Shown in pieces: positions 23,801 through 37,300 of a stretch of DNA of 64,000 nucleotides. Each line of letters starts with the position of its first letter. Position 1 is the stretch's first letter. Position numbers and translations under genes: made by a program. This DNA comes from Haplodiscus bocki (taxonomy: Eukaryota), in assembly GCA_965655095.1 (NCBI GenBank), contig OZ296650.1:106578001-106642000 (forward strand), in the 5' to 3' direction. Under the pieces are notes generated by a model. That model ran no database searches. It saw only the letters and a program-made list of their open reading frames with translations, and was not told where the DNA came from.

Positions 23801-24540
23801 TATTCGCATACCTAAGAATCAACTGTGATGCGACTCCAACAGCACGCTGTGTCGTGGACATTTTGACCCGACACGCCCACCCACCAAAACTTAGCTTATC
23901 CGACTAGGGTATACAGTTCAAATCTTAAGTTGCTTAAGAAGTCACAAGAATCTTCAACTTTGGGGAACAAAACAGAACGACAAAAACATTCACAAATGTT
24001 CGGAAGTCTTCAAAAGGACCAGGCCTTCTTCAGAAGAGCATTTAAAAAACAAACAGGTGAATGGCGAACCTCGTGGTACAAAAAACTCAAATGGCGGCCT
24101 TGAACTACAATAACACAAATCACAAATCACTAAGAAGCGAAACCGCTGAAAGTTTCGATAGACGAATGCAGGACAGCGTTATAGACATAAATGGCGTAGT
24201 AGGACCATCCAGAGACCTATATTCGGAAGCGGCAACCATTGAGCTTATCGAGCTCAAAAAAAAGCGTCAATGAGACCAAACATACTTGATGCAACATAAT
24301 CAGAAGGACAAACGATACTGTTAGAAGAAAGGCAATGCAAGCCCACTAGCCCTCAACGAGTACTGATAAACAGTAAATTCGAAAAATTTGATAAACAATA
24401 CATCAAAAACCATTTCAAAGAACACATATGGCTAGGACCATTTGTTGTCGTGAAAGTCTTTTCTAAAACCAAGTACGTAATTAGATGGCATAAAACGCCA
24501 ATAAGTCACACCTGGCACCAATTACGCTTGAAAAGACCTA
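20900..24540 (+). mobile_element. Heavily degraded Ty3/Gypsy pol relic (RT, RNase H, integrase)
   Basis: IGINQEVKIQLTPK, NNNHPL, MADKRSIKLLSFNPASKTF..RIAQEL, AQDADDIGI (decayed YxDD), integrase tail WLGPFVVVKV. Colinear with the pol at 58600-63200. Confidence 0.8.
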
Positions 24541-24581
24541 TGTCTTTTCAAGCGTAATTGGTGCCAGGTGTGACTTATTGG
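24498..24581. repeat. Perfect hairpin, 40-bp arms, 4-nt loop
   Basis: ccaataagtcacacctggcaccaattacgcttgaaaagac-ctat-gtcttttcaagcgtaattggtgccaggtgtgacttattgg. Confidence 0.97.
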
Positions 24582-24583
24582 GG

Positions 24584-24781
24584 TCCTCGCAACCCTAGTC
24601 GTGGTCATTATGGACGACGCAGTCGCGGACATATGTAAATAGAACTCCGTCTAATTGATAGGATGAAATCTATGTATCTGAATTCAGATACATAGATTTC
24701 ATCCTATCAATTAAACGGAGTTCTATTGACATATGTCCGCGACTGCGTCGTCCATAATGACCACGACTAGGGTTGCGAGGA
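24584..24781. repeat. Spacerless palindrome, 99-bp arms, 2 mismatches
   Basis: Centred on gaattc (24680-24685); tcctcgcaaccctagtcgtgg... pairs with ...ccacgactagggttgcgagga. Confidence 0.97.
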
Positions 24782-25840
24782 GCCGATGTGACGCCTTTAT
24801 CAACAATTTTGGACTTTCCTGACTAAGTATTGGATGTCGACTGGACTTTAATTCTTGGCTTGTTACCTGGATAGGCAGAAGAACTACTCAAATCTACAGG
24901 ATGAGAGGCTGTTCTGAGAAACGCGGCAGCGGCAGCCTCTGTGAACTTTTCTAAGTTTGAAGGAAGACCATCTTTTTCCAAGCCTTCCGTTTAGAGTTTA
25001 GACTCTGTCACATGATTAACGACTTTCGATTCAGCACACACTAACTCAGGCTTGCAGTCTCAGCGTCTTTAGTTACACGGGCAACCTCCTTTGGCGACGC
25101 CAAACAAATCAGGATAAAGTACAGACTTGGGGAGAGGTTGCACAACGTCAAAGACAGTCTTGTTTCTGATCTTGCTGGGTTTTGATCTACCAGGTGCTTT
25201 CATCTCAACCCACTCAGCATCCCACATTATCAGATGAGATGGTCAAGACAACCCTGATTAAGTGTGCTGTGGGACATCGAGGCGACACAGTGTTCAGAAA
25301 GGATGATATTGAGCCTAATCAGTTAAAATATTGGAGGACCCCACCTCTGTGACTGCACTGTTAGCCAAATCTAACGACCCCCTTGAGAACGAGCTGTTGA
25401 GCATCAACACAGGCGAACATACAAAAGACTACTGAACAAACAACAGAATCAAGAACTGCAGTTGAACCTGCATTATATGTAACTCTAAAAGTCGGTCGGA
25501 ATTGACTGATGGCTGGATGATGAACACAAAATCATGAAAACTGGAAAGCATTCAACGAGGATATCTGTTCCTCAAGTGTAGGAAAAATGATATGAAGAGC
25601 AAAAATGTCACTAATATTGGAAAAGGTGTTACGATGAGGTCTGAGAAGTTTTTGGGAAGTTTCTTGACGTAACCTAGGACTCAAATTCAAGACAACATCA
25701 GCGTCTCTGTCATCCACAATCCTAGAGTCAGTCAGACGAAAAGTTGATCAAGAGTGAATTGATTTTCGGACTGGAAGTGACAAAGAAACTAAACATGCCG
25801 TTCGCCACATGTGCCATGCCAACGGATGCGACAGTGAAAC

Positions 25841-26471
25841 GGGGGCAGGACAAAAGAGCCGATTTTAAATGAGACAAAATCGCCGATTTTGGAAACGGGA
25901 CAAAACCGCCGATTCCGAAAATGAGACAAAACCGCCGATTCCAAAAATTTTCGGTTCATGCAATTGAGTATCAAGAAAAATCAGAAAATTATATGGCGCA
26001 AAAATTAAAATAGGTTGTTTTTTGTAGTAGTTTTTTAGTTTCGTTGGCATTTCATTAGACGACAGAAAATTTAGTTTTTCAGATATTGGGATTATCAATT
26101 TTCATATTTTTTTGTTCGTGGCCGTCCAGAATTTAACTTGACTTTTCACAAAAACTTATATTTTGGTTGAAATTTTTTTGACTTTGGGTATTTTGGGCTT
26201 AGTTATTTTGGGTTTGGTATTTTGGAGTATAACCATTTCATGAGTATCGTAGTAATTTAATTGCTAATTATCCGTAATTAGGCCAAGATGCTTTTATCTT
26301 GAACAACTTTTATCTTAGCAAAGACTAGCGATCTGTATTATTATGAATCGGCGATTTTGTCCCACTTTAAAATCGGCGGTTTTGTCTCATTATCAAAATC
26401 GGCGATTTTGTCCCGTTTTCAAAATCGGCTGTTTTGTCCCACTCTAAAATCGGTGGTTTTGTCTCGCATCC
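25841..26471. mobile_element. MITE-like element with repeat-built TIRs
   Basis: Left gacaaaa(c/t)cgccgatt repeats and right aatcggcg(a/g)ttttgtc repeats; gtgaaac direct repeat at 25834-25840 and 26472-26478. Confidence 0.75.
25943..26240 (+). repeat. ~300-bp dispersed repeat (second copy at ~49430-49730)
   Basis: Shared taggttgttttttgtagtagtttt, cagatattgggattatcaat and gactttgggtattttgggctt blocks in the same orientation. Confidence 0.85.
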
Positions 26472-27759
26472 GTGAAACACGTGCTCAACTCCAAACTTTG
26501 AACTTCAGTGAACTCATCACACGACATATCAGAAGTCAGTTTATACTGTTTCGAAGGAAAGGAAGATTCTGGTTTGGAATTTTTTGTTCGAGAGTGAGTT
26601 ACATCACCCTCAACACCTTCACCTCCAAATTCCAGTCGGCATCGCACTTGGAGACAATTCTGCGAATAGTCGCTTCGAGTACGTCTAAGCATTGTTAAAC
26701 TCCTAAACCAGCAATGAAGAACGGTACAACTCAATCCAGGAGATTAAAATACAGAACGCTGAAAGGAAATCAACCTTTTAGGTCATTCTCGGTACAGGAT
26801 GTTGTACGATCGGCATAACGGATAGCTAATTTGAAGGCTTGCGACGCCCAAAGTTGAACCAAAGTTGAAACTTGAGCAACATTATCCAAACAATCCAAAA
26901 AAAAACCAACAAGCTGGGCTTCGTAGTACCAAGAAGGCCACAAACTGGACGAACAAAACAAAATGTTCTCAAAATGTTCACGGCGTGTCCATTCTTCAAT
27001 GATCATAACCATGTAGTTTCACTATCTTTTATAGGTGCCTTTCTTTAATACGCGCGATAACTTGGCGCGTTTTCCTCGAAGGATGGTTCGAGGCGGCCTG
27101 AGATCGTATCCTGAACTTCAATGCTCAAAACTGGACCGAGATGCCTAAAATAACAAAACTGAATTGTGAATGTGACCGATCAAGCAACGGCATTACCAGA
27201 AAACGATTAGCCGCTTCAAGTTCACTTAGTTCATTGTGTTTGTGCTCTATATAACTGATCGCGAGAGCGGACACGCGACGGATTTGGTGGTTTAGAGATC
27301 TCAAAGAGTCTGCAACAATTGGACACAGGAAACGTAAGACGCTCATTAACGTCTGACTCATCACATGCGGCAATGGAGGTAGCAGAAGCTGGAGTTGGAC
27401 GCTTTAAAGGCTGTTCTTCTGGAATATAAATAGAATGAATATGGACGCGTCAGATAACTGAAGAATAGGGCAGAGCCAAACCTAACAATCATGGCCACAA
27501 AGTGACCAAAGGTTTCTTTTCCTCCATCAACTTTACCTTGTAAAATAAATGCAGGCGAAAAAAGTACAATTGACTGAGGACTGGTGATTTGCTAACCACT
27601 GAATGAAAGCACTTTCAGACGACAGCCGTCAACTTCCATCCGACACGGGAAAAATCACTCTAAACAGCGTTGAATTGGAATCGTTAAATGCAATCTAATA
27701 CTAGCGGAAGAGAATACACGACAGAAACTTCGCACGAAGAGCCGACCACACTGTCACAA

Positions 27760-28476
27760 CCCGGGTCGAAATAATGGCCGAGATTTTTCCGGTATAAGGG
27801 CGTTAACGGAGGTCAAAATTAGCCACAGAAGCCGTTATTAACCGGAAAAATAGCGGCGTTAACGGCGTTTTTTTGTCGGTATAAAGGCGTTAACGGCGTT
27901 TAACCGGAAAAAATAGCGGCGTTAACGGCGTTTTTTTTTGTCGGTATAAAGGCGTTAACGGCGTTTTACTTGTCGGTATAAAGGCGTTAACGGCGTTTTT
28001 TTTGTCGGTATAAAGGCGTTAACGGCGTTTAAGCGGAAAAATAGCGGCGTTTTTTTGTCGGTATAAAGGCGTTAACGGCGTTTAACCGGAAAAATAGCGG
28101 CGTTTTTTTGTCGGTATAAAGGCGTTAACGGCGTTTAACCAGAAAAATAGCGGCGTTAACGGCGTTTTTCTGTCGGTATAAAGGCGTTAACGGCGTTTAA
28201 CCGGAAAAATAGCGGCGTTAACGGCGCTTAACCGAAAAAATAGCGGCGTTGAAAGGGAAAAATAGCGGCGTTAACGGCGTTTAACCGGAAAAATAGCGGC
28301 GTTAACGGCGTTTAACCGGGAAAACAGCAGCGTTAACGGCGTTTCCGCTGATGTACCAGTAAATTGCTGGCCAAGTTTTAACGCTGGTTTATCGGAAAAA
28401 AAATTGAACATCTTCTCCGTCAGTAAATTCGTATCCGGAAAAATAGCGGCGTTTACCCAAAAAAGTTCGACCCGGG
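27760..28476. mobile_element. MITE with CCCGGGTCGAA termini and internal ggcgttaacggcg minisatellite
   Basis: cccgggtcgaa ... ttcgacccggg; internal repeats accggaaaaatagcggcgttaacggcg and gtcggtataaaggcgttaacggcg. Confidence 0.75.
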
Positions 28477-28980
28477 GAGCAGTCAAGGTGAATTTCATTT
28501 TCATTTCGTGAATGTGTGTTCAACGAAGTCTACTTCACCGGAAATTTTCCGAAACAGCACAAAGTATAATATTCAACCTCATAAACTCTGTAATTTGGTT
28601 GATTCGCAGTCGATCAACGTCTTTGAAAAACGAGTCATCACCCCGAAATGAAATTCACATTCTAGTATTCGCAACCACCAAACAAGGTAGTTCAAATAAG
28701 TTTCATTGTCTTTTTTTCTTGAATTACTTTGATTTGAAAGACTTTGATAGACGAATGTTGCTTTGATAATCGAGTAGTCTGGCGCCATTTTTGGTTTTTG
28801 CATAGTTTTCTATCACTTTGCCTTCTGCTATTCCATCGGGTATGGCAGGTGTTCCACGCTAGCCAAAGCCTTACAACACCTTACGTGCCATAAAAGGAAG
28901 TATCGATTTATCGGATAGTCAGATATTTCACTTGTTATCACGTGTCTGAAGTCTTTGACCTACATTGAGATCTCAGCATA

Positions 28981-29370
28981 CACTGTAAAACTGGCGCGTG
29001 CAAAATTGCCTCCGAACGCAGGTAACTTTACATGCAGTTCGCAGGTAAAAAGGTCCCTCGCGCAGTTTACCTGCGTTACATGCAGTTTACCTGTAATTAG
29101 ATAAATTTACCTGCTTCGAGGCGGCAAGCACCTCGCACAGAACACACGCGCATTGCCTGCGTGCGCATGTAAATTTACCTGAATACCACAGGTATTTTAC
29201 AGGTAGTTTTACATGCGGAACTCATGCAAATTTGCCCGCGACTAGCATGCAAAATTGCCTGCTTCTGCAGGCAAAAATACATGCAACTTACAGGCAAAAA
29301 CACTGGAATCGCAGGTAAAAATACCCGCCAAACGCAGGCAAAAATAACTGCAAACGCAGGAAAAATTTAC
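28981..29370. repeat. MITE-like repeat with gcaggtaaa/tttacctgc inverted units, one end not found
   Basis: Starts cactgtaaaa; multiple gcaggtaaaa and tttacctg units in both orientations. Confidence 0.55.
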
Positions 29371-29454
29371 GACTTTGAATAAAAAACTGGTTGAACACAA
29401 GGACTCCGCAAGCGAATGAACATGTCCCCCGTAAACAGTAAAAATTAGACTAAA

Positions 29455-31050
29455 CAAAACGTGAAAAAAAAGAATTCAGATCAAAACTGTTGGAAACTTG
29501 CAAGACTAGAACTAAGAAGTGAAGTCTTGACATGTTCAGACTTAAGAGGTTCCTGGCTGGTCCTGACATGGTCACCAACTCTGACAGGGATACCACTGGC
29601 AGGTGCAAATTCAAAGCTCCATAATTACCAACAAAAAGTACAAGAAAAGGAGGACCTTCTGAAGACATGGCTTTCACCTAAAAACCGGTTGAAGATTTCA
29701 GACGACAAAAAGTACAAAAAATTTTCAATCTTGGCAAGGAGAACAAAACAAGGGAACCACAACACCAGAAAAGCAACAACTGAACATGGACGTCGTAAAC
29801 GGAAAAAAACTGAATCAAAATTGAAAAACAGCATTCGGAATGAAACTGTCGGAACTTTGCAACACTAGATCTAAGAAGCCAAGTCCTGACTCATTCAACT
29901 TTTATGTAGTCTTGGCTGGTCATGACATGGTTACTGACGCCGGCAGGGCTACCACGTGCAGGCGCAAATTCAAAACTCCATCACTAAAAACAAGTACAAA
30001 AATGAAAGACCTTCCCAAAAACATGAGTTTCATCTAATAACCGTTTGAATATTTCAGACCAAAAAGATCAAAAAGTCCAGTTTTAGCAAGGAGAACAAAA
30101 CGAAGGGAAAACAAGACCACAAAGAGAAAAACTGAACATGGATCATGTAAGCAGGAAGAAATAAATTGAAGCAAACTTGAAAAAAGCATTCAGATTCAAA
30201 CTGTTGGAACTTTGCAAGACTAGAACTAAGAAGTCAAATCCTGATATGTTCAACCTTTATGTAGTCTTGACTAGTCATGACACGGTTACTGACGTTGGCA
30301 GGGCTTCCACTTTTAGGCGCATTTTCAACTCCCGTTCATTACAAACGAAAAGTACAAAAAATGAAGGACCTTCCGAAAACATGGGTTTTAACGGAAAGCC
30401 AGTTTGAAGATTTCAGACGGTAAGAAGAACAGAAACAATATTCTTGACCTTTCAGAAAAAACCCAATGGAAAACAAAGAACCCTACATGTGTCAATCAAT
30501 CATGGCCCTCGTAAACAGTAAGGGTTAAAATAGAAAAAAACTTGAAAAGAAAGAGAATCAAGATAAAAACCATTGGAAGTTTGCAAAACTAGAACTAAGA
30601 AGTCACGTCTTGACATGCTCAACTTTTACGTAATCTCAATTAGTCATGACATGGTCAATCATACTGACAGTTCTACCACGTGCCCGAGCAAATTCAAAGC
30701 TCCACCAATAAAAACAAAATTACAAAATGTGAAGCTCCTTCCGAAAACATGGGTTGCACCAAATAACCCTTTGACGATTTCAGACCCAAAATTCAAAATT
30801 TTAAATTTGGGCATTAGAGAAAAAAACGAAGGAACCACAAGACCCCAGAGGCAAAAAATGGAGATGAACCTTGTAACCAGGAAGAAATAAACTAAAATTA
30901 GTTTGAGAGAGGCATCCAAGTTAAAACTGTCAAAACTTCTGCAAGACTCCAACTAGTCTAGTAGTAAAATGAACTCTTTTGTACACTTGTTTGGCTGTGG
31001 CACGTTCAATGACACTATCAATACCGCCAGGTGCAGGCCCAGACTCCGGT
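29455..31050 (+). repeat. Degenerate tandem repeat, ~360-bp unit, 4-5 copies
   Basis: aaactgttggaactttgcaagactagaactaagaag-like block at ~29485, 29843, 30198, 30570 and 30923. Confidence 0.85.
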
Positions 31051-31191
31051 CCCCTGCCGTTCTCCCACACTTTCGACGAAATATGCTCTAAAAGCTTCGT
31101 AATCTTTTGTCAAGTAAATGATTGACCGTGAGTTTCTCATTCTTCATGGAGTGAGAAAATCAGTTTTTTGAAGACACAAGTTTTTTCTAGT

Positions 31192-31357
31192 ATAACAGCG
31201 TTAACGGTGTTCCTTGTCGGTATAAAGGCGTTAACGGCGTTTTTTTGTCGGTATAAAGGCGTTAACGGCGTTTTGCTTGTAAGTTAACGGCGTTAGCGGC
31301 GTTAACGCCGCTATACCGGAAAAATAGCGGCGTTTTCCCAAAAAAGTTCGACCCAGG
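31192..31357. repeat. Partial second copy of the ggcgttaacggcg MITE (right end)
   Basis: Same minisatellite units, ending aaaagttcgacccagg. Confidence 0.75.
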
Positions 31358-34300
31358 AAGGCAGTACAAGTAAAAGGCCAAACAGCCAACAAACCAACAG
31401 TATATGTTTATTGCCGGAAGACAGAGAGAGAAATAAAATCGAGCAAGCTGCCCTTTGCTAACGCTAACGTCAGAACAATTGAACAAGAGCAGCCAACGGG
31501 AATGAACAGCCATGTAGGATAGGAAAGACGAAGAATGCCTTTCTATAATGCAGGCTTGTAAGAAGGGTAAAAACAGCTGCAAATAGTGCGGAATTATGAC
31601 AAGAGGCGCGGTCGAACTGTGATATTTTGCGTCAAGGTGGCACCAAAATGATGGACTGAAACATTTGATTTTGAAAAATGAACCCATTTTTAAGAGATAA
31701 AAGTTGTCGATGGAGATCTTGATGGAAGAATTCAAGTCAATGTAAAAAATAAACCCAGAGGTTCTTCAGTGTAAGAGTCTTGTAGTAGTATGAAAGCGTC
31801 AATTCAAAAATGTATACAAAAATTGAAAGGTGTGGATTTCCAGAAGAGTCAGTAGGAATTTCGGGACCTGTCTGAACTAAAAGCTCTTTTGCCAATTCGA
31901 GACTGTCAAGATTACAATTCCGATGTAGAGATCATACTTTAAGATCCTTAGGAATGAACAGTCCGCTCCAGGTACAAAGGTATCGAGATTGGCACCTTGA
32001 TGGAAAAAATGAAATAGGTAGAACTGATGAACTATAAGTTGGAATACCGAAGTGTGTCAAGATTAAAGGCACTTTCTGGCAAGTTTGGTCAATTAAGACT
32101 CCACAGAGGAAAACAAATTCAACAATTTCTTATTCAAGTTTTCTGAATCAAGTGAGAGCCATTAGATTGAGACTTTGAAGGAAAACATCAAATCAGCAGT
32201 TTTGGGGAAACTCGGATTAGAAAATAGAGAAGACCCCTCATTTAAAAACACTTCTTGCCTATTTTGGACTATTAGAAGTCAATCGCAAGGAAGGGAAAGG
32301 ATAAATCTCTTCACGTTCCTCAAAACCGAAATTTTATTATTGCGAACTTGGTGGAGTAAATGCAACCTGTAATTGCAGTCAAAGATGACTTTGCAGTCCG
32401 AGATAAATCAGAAGTAAAAGCATACTTTGGAAGTTTTGGACTATCAAGATTCTGATGCAAGGAAAATATCTGCAATTTGATTTGTCAATCAATCTCCATA
32501 AGTTTCAACGTTTCGGCAGAAATCAAAATGGAAGATACCAAGCCTCTTGTTAGGGAGAATTAAGAGATTCAATATCGAAATGAAACATTACAAGTAGCAA
32601 TATTTGGATTATCGGAATGTCAGTCTTCCAATGCATGGAATAAAATCGAGATTATTTCCGACAGAAATGTTTTAACAACTAAACAGCTTTTGATTGAGAC
32701 CTTGACAGAAGAAATGAAGCCTGTATTTATGGGCGACAAAGGAGAACGAGTTTGAATGTCCAGAAACTTTTTCAAAAGGATGTCTTTTTTTGAGAAATTT
32801 CGGACCATCAGGATACTGATGCAATGAACAAAATCAACTGTTTTTCACCTCGATGCTCCTATGCAAGTGTTATGTTTTAGATTGATTTCTTGATGGAAGA
32901 ATAAAAACTTGTAGTGACTGAGGAAGAAAGGTTTGAAAATTGAGCGGAATAAATAAAAGTAGCCTTTTTTAAAGCATAATTCGGACTGCCAAGACACTGG
33001 TGAAAGGAACACAACTCGTCAATTCTCCCATTGAAAATGTCTTGACAACTAGAAATTTATCGATGCCTACCTTGATAGGAAAGATGAAGCTTGTAATTTT
33101 GGTGAAACATGAGTTTGAATTTTCTAAAAAATCAAAATTAAGTTGTTTTCTTTTGAACTTTCGGACTATCAGGATTTTGATGCAAGGGAGAAAAACAATG
33201 ATTTTTTAGTTGAAAATTCTTCTACAAGTGCTGTGTTTTCGATTGAGAATTTGTTGAAAAAAATCGAACGTGTGGTGGCTGAGATTTAAAAGTTTGAATA
33301 TCGAGCGAAACCAAAATAAACAACACTTTTTGGAATGTTTGGACTCTCACGAATCCAATCCTTGGATCAAAACAAAAAGTTTGTTAAATGAATAGTCCTC
33401 CGCAAACGGAAAGTTTCCGATGGAGACTTTGGTTGGAGGAAGCATACTTGTATTTTCCGAGAAATATGGGTTCGATTATCGAGAAAAACCATTTTTGATG
33501 AACTTTTTTAACCTTTCGGACAATTGGGATTATGATGGACTGATCAGAGAAGTTGGGTTTTCAATCGAATCATGCTCCACAAATATCAAGTTTTTGATTA
33601 GGCTCTTGGTGGAAGAAATCAAGCTCATAGTTGATGCGAGATAAGTGTTCAAATTTTGATAAAAGGCTTTTTAAAAAGCAGTTTTTTTAAAGTTATGACT
33701 TTAGTTATTAGTAAATAGGTGGGAATATGACATTGGTGTATCTGAAGTTAGTGCCAAATCTGCAGCAATATGCTTTAACTGGAAAAAAATGAAAAATCCT
33801 TGATTCTACGGTATGTCTGGGTTAGTGGCAAATCATTGTTATTTTCAAAGGGTCTGTTACTTGAGTTGGAGGTACGTCCGCGCTATAGTCATTGGGGCAA
33901 GTCTGTGCTAACATAACACATCAACATTGACGATAAGTTGTTTTCAGCAGCAAATCGTGGTCTTGTAGTAGTTTTAGGTGTGCGATTTTTTGTGAAATTG
34001 TGTTTCTGTGAAAAGGTATGGGATAATGGGAGCATGGTATGATTCTAGTTTAGGGGTTAATCCGCCGTTTCTATATCGTTTTTTTGTTCCATTGCCGCCA
34101 CAATATTACTACTTCGGTTATTTTTTGTAAGTGTATTTCTTGTAGGGCTGCTTCGTGTTATATAAATTACGCGATTTCATATTATCGTTTAGCTAAAAAA
34201 ACATTTGGCCTCATCACGATCAGACAAGTTAACTTCACTGAGCGTAGCAGTGCAGTAAGTTTTGAACAGTTGCGGTTCAGGCAAAAGTTTTTCTCAACTG

Positions 34301-37300
34301 TCGTTTATTTCAGTCAAAAAAATAAAAATACTTTTCTAATCAGTGAAGCGTTTTCTTTTTTCTTTGAAATTACCAAAGTCATGCAGAGTTTGTTACAGAC
34401 TTTAGACTTCCCGAATTAAACCTTAGTGCACAGTAGTTTTGGTTAAGTAGGCCACAGGTGACCAGTTTGTATTCTACAGCAGGCCCATTTGTTCAAAAAT
34501 TATGAAAATTTTCATGGAATTATGCAACTTTCGTATAGCAACAGTAAGTTCTCAACCTGAGACAGTCTATTTGATCCTTTGCAAATGAAAAAGGGAATAA
34601 ATTGTTGTTCCTCAGTAATTTAAAAAAAAATTGGGAAAAAACCTTCGAATTTTCAGAAAAGTCGAAAAAATTACGAATTTTAATCATAAAAACGTGCTAT
34701 AAAGACAAAATAACGATTTTTTTCTGTTTCCTGGTGTCTGATCCTTCCCTACTGTGGTTTCTTCCGGCTCCGAAATTTCTCTTGACGGAACATTTTGTTT
34801 CGTAATTCCCGTATTACATGAAAACCGGAGTATGAAACTACAATTAATTTTTGACATCCAAATAAATTTTTCTCAAAAATCCTTGGCCGATTATACCCCA
34901 TCAGCTTGCAGACAAACAATCAAACAAGGGTATCAACGGAGATGCGATAGGCCAAAAATGCCAGAAATTGTATATAGTACTGATTATTCCCGATAAATAA
35001 ATCATTATTTGTCCAAAACTACCGGCCCTCCTTTTCTACCAAGTTTACAATCAACAAATTCATTGTTCCAGAGGCTTATTCGTTAATCAAACTATCAATT
35101 TTGCTCCTTGATTCCCAATCTTGATGGGCCGAGGATAATTGTAGAGGCAATTGTTATTGATCTTCTTGAGTATCCTCCAAAACTATTGGGGGGGTGTTTC
35201 TTGAAATCAAAGTTGCAGGGAACGGCCTATTCAATGGAGTTTTGTGCAACATTGATATATCATCACCGTAGGTTCTTAATTCTGAGTCTTGATCCACCAA
35301 AAACGCCAAGAAGTGAAATGATGAAATAAACTTTTTCGAAATTTAATTTTGAGTTTCTTTCTGAAACACCGGCTGCATTCTTTAAAACCATATCGCAGTC
35401 GACATTTTTAGACTTTTCGAACAGCGTTTTCTATTAAAATGATGATTCTCTTTCACTCCATTTGAATTTGAACCTTGTTGACAAATAATGCCAAAAAAAG
35501 CTATTAGTTTGGTCTTTTTGCGATAATCAGAGCCATTCAAAGCCATTTTTGACAAAACTATCGGAAGGATTTCTCCGTCAAAATTTAAAACAACCATTTT
35601 TTGATAGGAGCTTTTTCCAGGTAAAAAGCATTCATTTTTGTTCTTCTTTTTTTCGGAAATTTGATCAGCCGAGTATACCCAAAGGAGCAATTAGCATTTG
35701 CCTCGATATTCAAAATTTCTCTATGATTTTCCCGTTTTGAAGTCTTTATCCCTTGCCTGATGGACTGTGTGCTTTTTAGAATGTAATTAGATTATAATAT
35801 TGCAAATGTTGTTACTTGCATCTGTTAGCTGATGGTCCTCAAAGTGTCAGAAAGATGCGTTTCTTTGATTGTTCTCTGTTTTTGAAAACCACTTTTGAGA
35901 AGATTTGCAAAGTTGTCTGCTGATTTTCCTGCATCAGAGTCTCCATCGATTCTTTCTTGTTTGTGAAGAATATATTCGTTGTTGTTATCCCAATCAGAAT
36001 TTTCATTGTCTGAAACAGCTAAAAAGCGTAAGTAGGATCATTTCTTTGCTAAACTACCAGTTGGGTCGGTTCCTTCCGCCAAGGTCTTAATCGACCCCTG
36101 TTGTAAAATGTATCTGGTTGAAGATCAGTTATGTGCTTTACTCGCATCGTCCTAAAATATCCTAGTCCGCCTCTAGTTTTAGTTTAGTTCCGGGCTCTGT
36201 AATAAATTGAAGGTTTAGTCGGCGTTCCGACGATTGTGACTTTCCTTCGCTCTTGAAAGAAATAAAGTTTTAATCGCTTGTAGGAGTTAAAATTTGGTTG
36301 CAATTCAAGTCTCGCCAGTTCGAAGACTTAAAGAAATTGCGATACTTGCGCGAATTGTTCTTTAACCACATGCCATTTCATGTCAACCTCGCCAAAAATC
36401 TTATGTAATACTGGAAGATTGAAATTTTCCTTCTTTTGATAAAGGTTGATGGAACACTTTTGCAAGGTCAGTAGATGACTAGATCCTTATCCTTCTCAGC
36501 TTAAATTAAGCGACGTAAGCCCTAAGATTGACCTTTTTCAAAGGCCTTGGTATTGCCGTTTTTAGTCGGCACTTTAGGAAAAATTTCACTAAAACACCGA
36601 CTGTTTCAGTATTTAGGTTTTTTAAAGATCTTAAAGATCGAAAAAATCCCCGCATATACGACGTTTCTTCTTTCATGAAAATTTATGGTTTTACCACTCA
36701 CTCTCACTAAGCTTTTTGAACACGTACCAAAAACCAGAAATTACCGTTTTTACAGTAGATAATGTATACCGGCAAAAGATTTCGGAAAAGCAGAAACCAA
36801 TTTTTTCTCGAAAAATTGGACCACGAAATCGGAAAGAAAATCGATTTTTTTCCTGATACCCCCCCTACAACGACCGAAAATGTAAAAAAACTGACTTATA
36901 ATTTTGCTACTACAGTTTATATTGTATCAAAGAAACTCTGCAAAATTTTTCGCCATGTGAGATTACATTTTCACGAGAACAAAAGCGCCATTGTACCAAA
37001 CATTTGGTCAGGGAAGCAAAAAGTCTCCAAAAAGATTCTCTCACTGATTGCTTGAGCAGTACGGGTAGCGCCAACTTCAGCCGTTCCCCGTTCCCGACTT
37101 GTTTATATTTAATGTGCCAAAGAGCAGTAGGTCTCTAAAGCAAAATAAGTTTGAGCGGGGATCAACAAACCGGTAACTACCCCAAGTAAGTGCCACCCGA
37201 GACGCTCAAATGCCCATACAGGGGTCTTTGTTTTTTTTGCCTCTCAAAACTATTCAGTTTATGATTGGGGCTGGGCTGGGGTTTTTGTGATATGCGTCAT

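Noticed and set aside
26480-27420. Possible non-LTR retrotransposon remnant on the minus strand (..FFIAGLGV..)
   Set aside because: Only one weak motif and too decayed to support.
31600-33700. Faint periodic repeats (ttcggactatcaggat, gatggaagaa) and short ORFs
   Set aside because: Too degenerate to define a unit or boundaries, with no protein motif.
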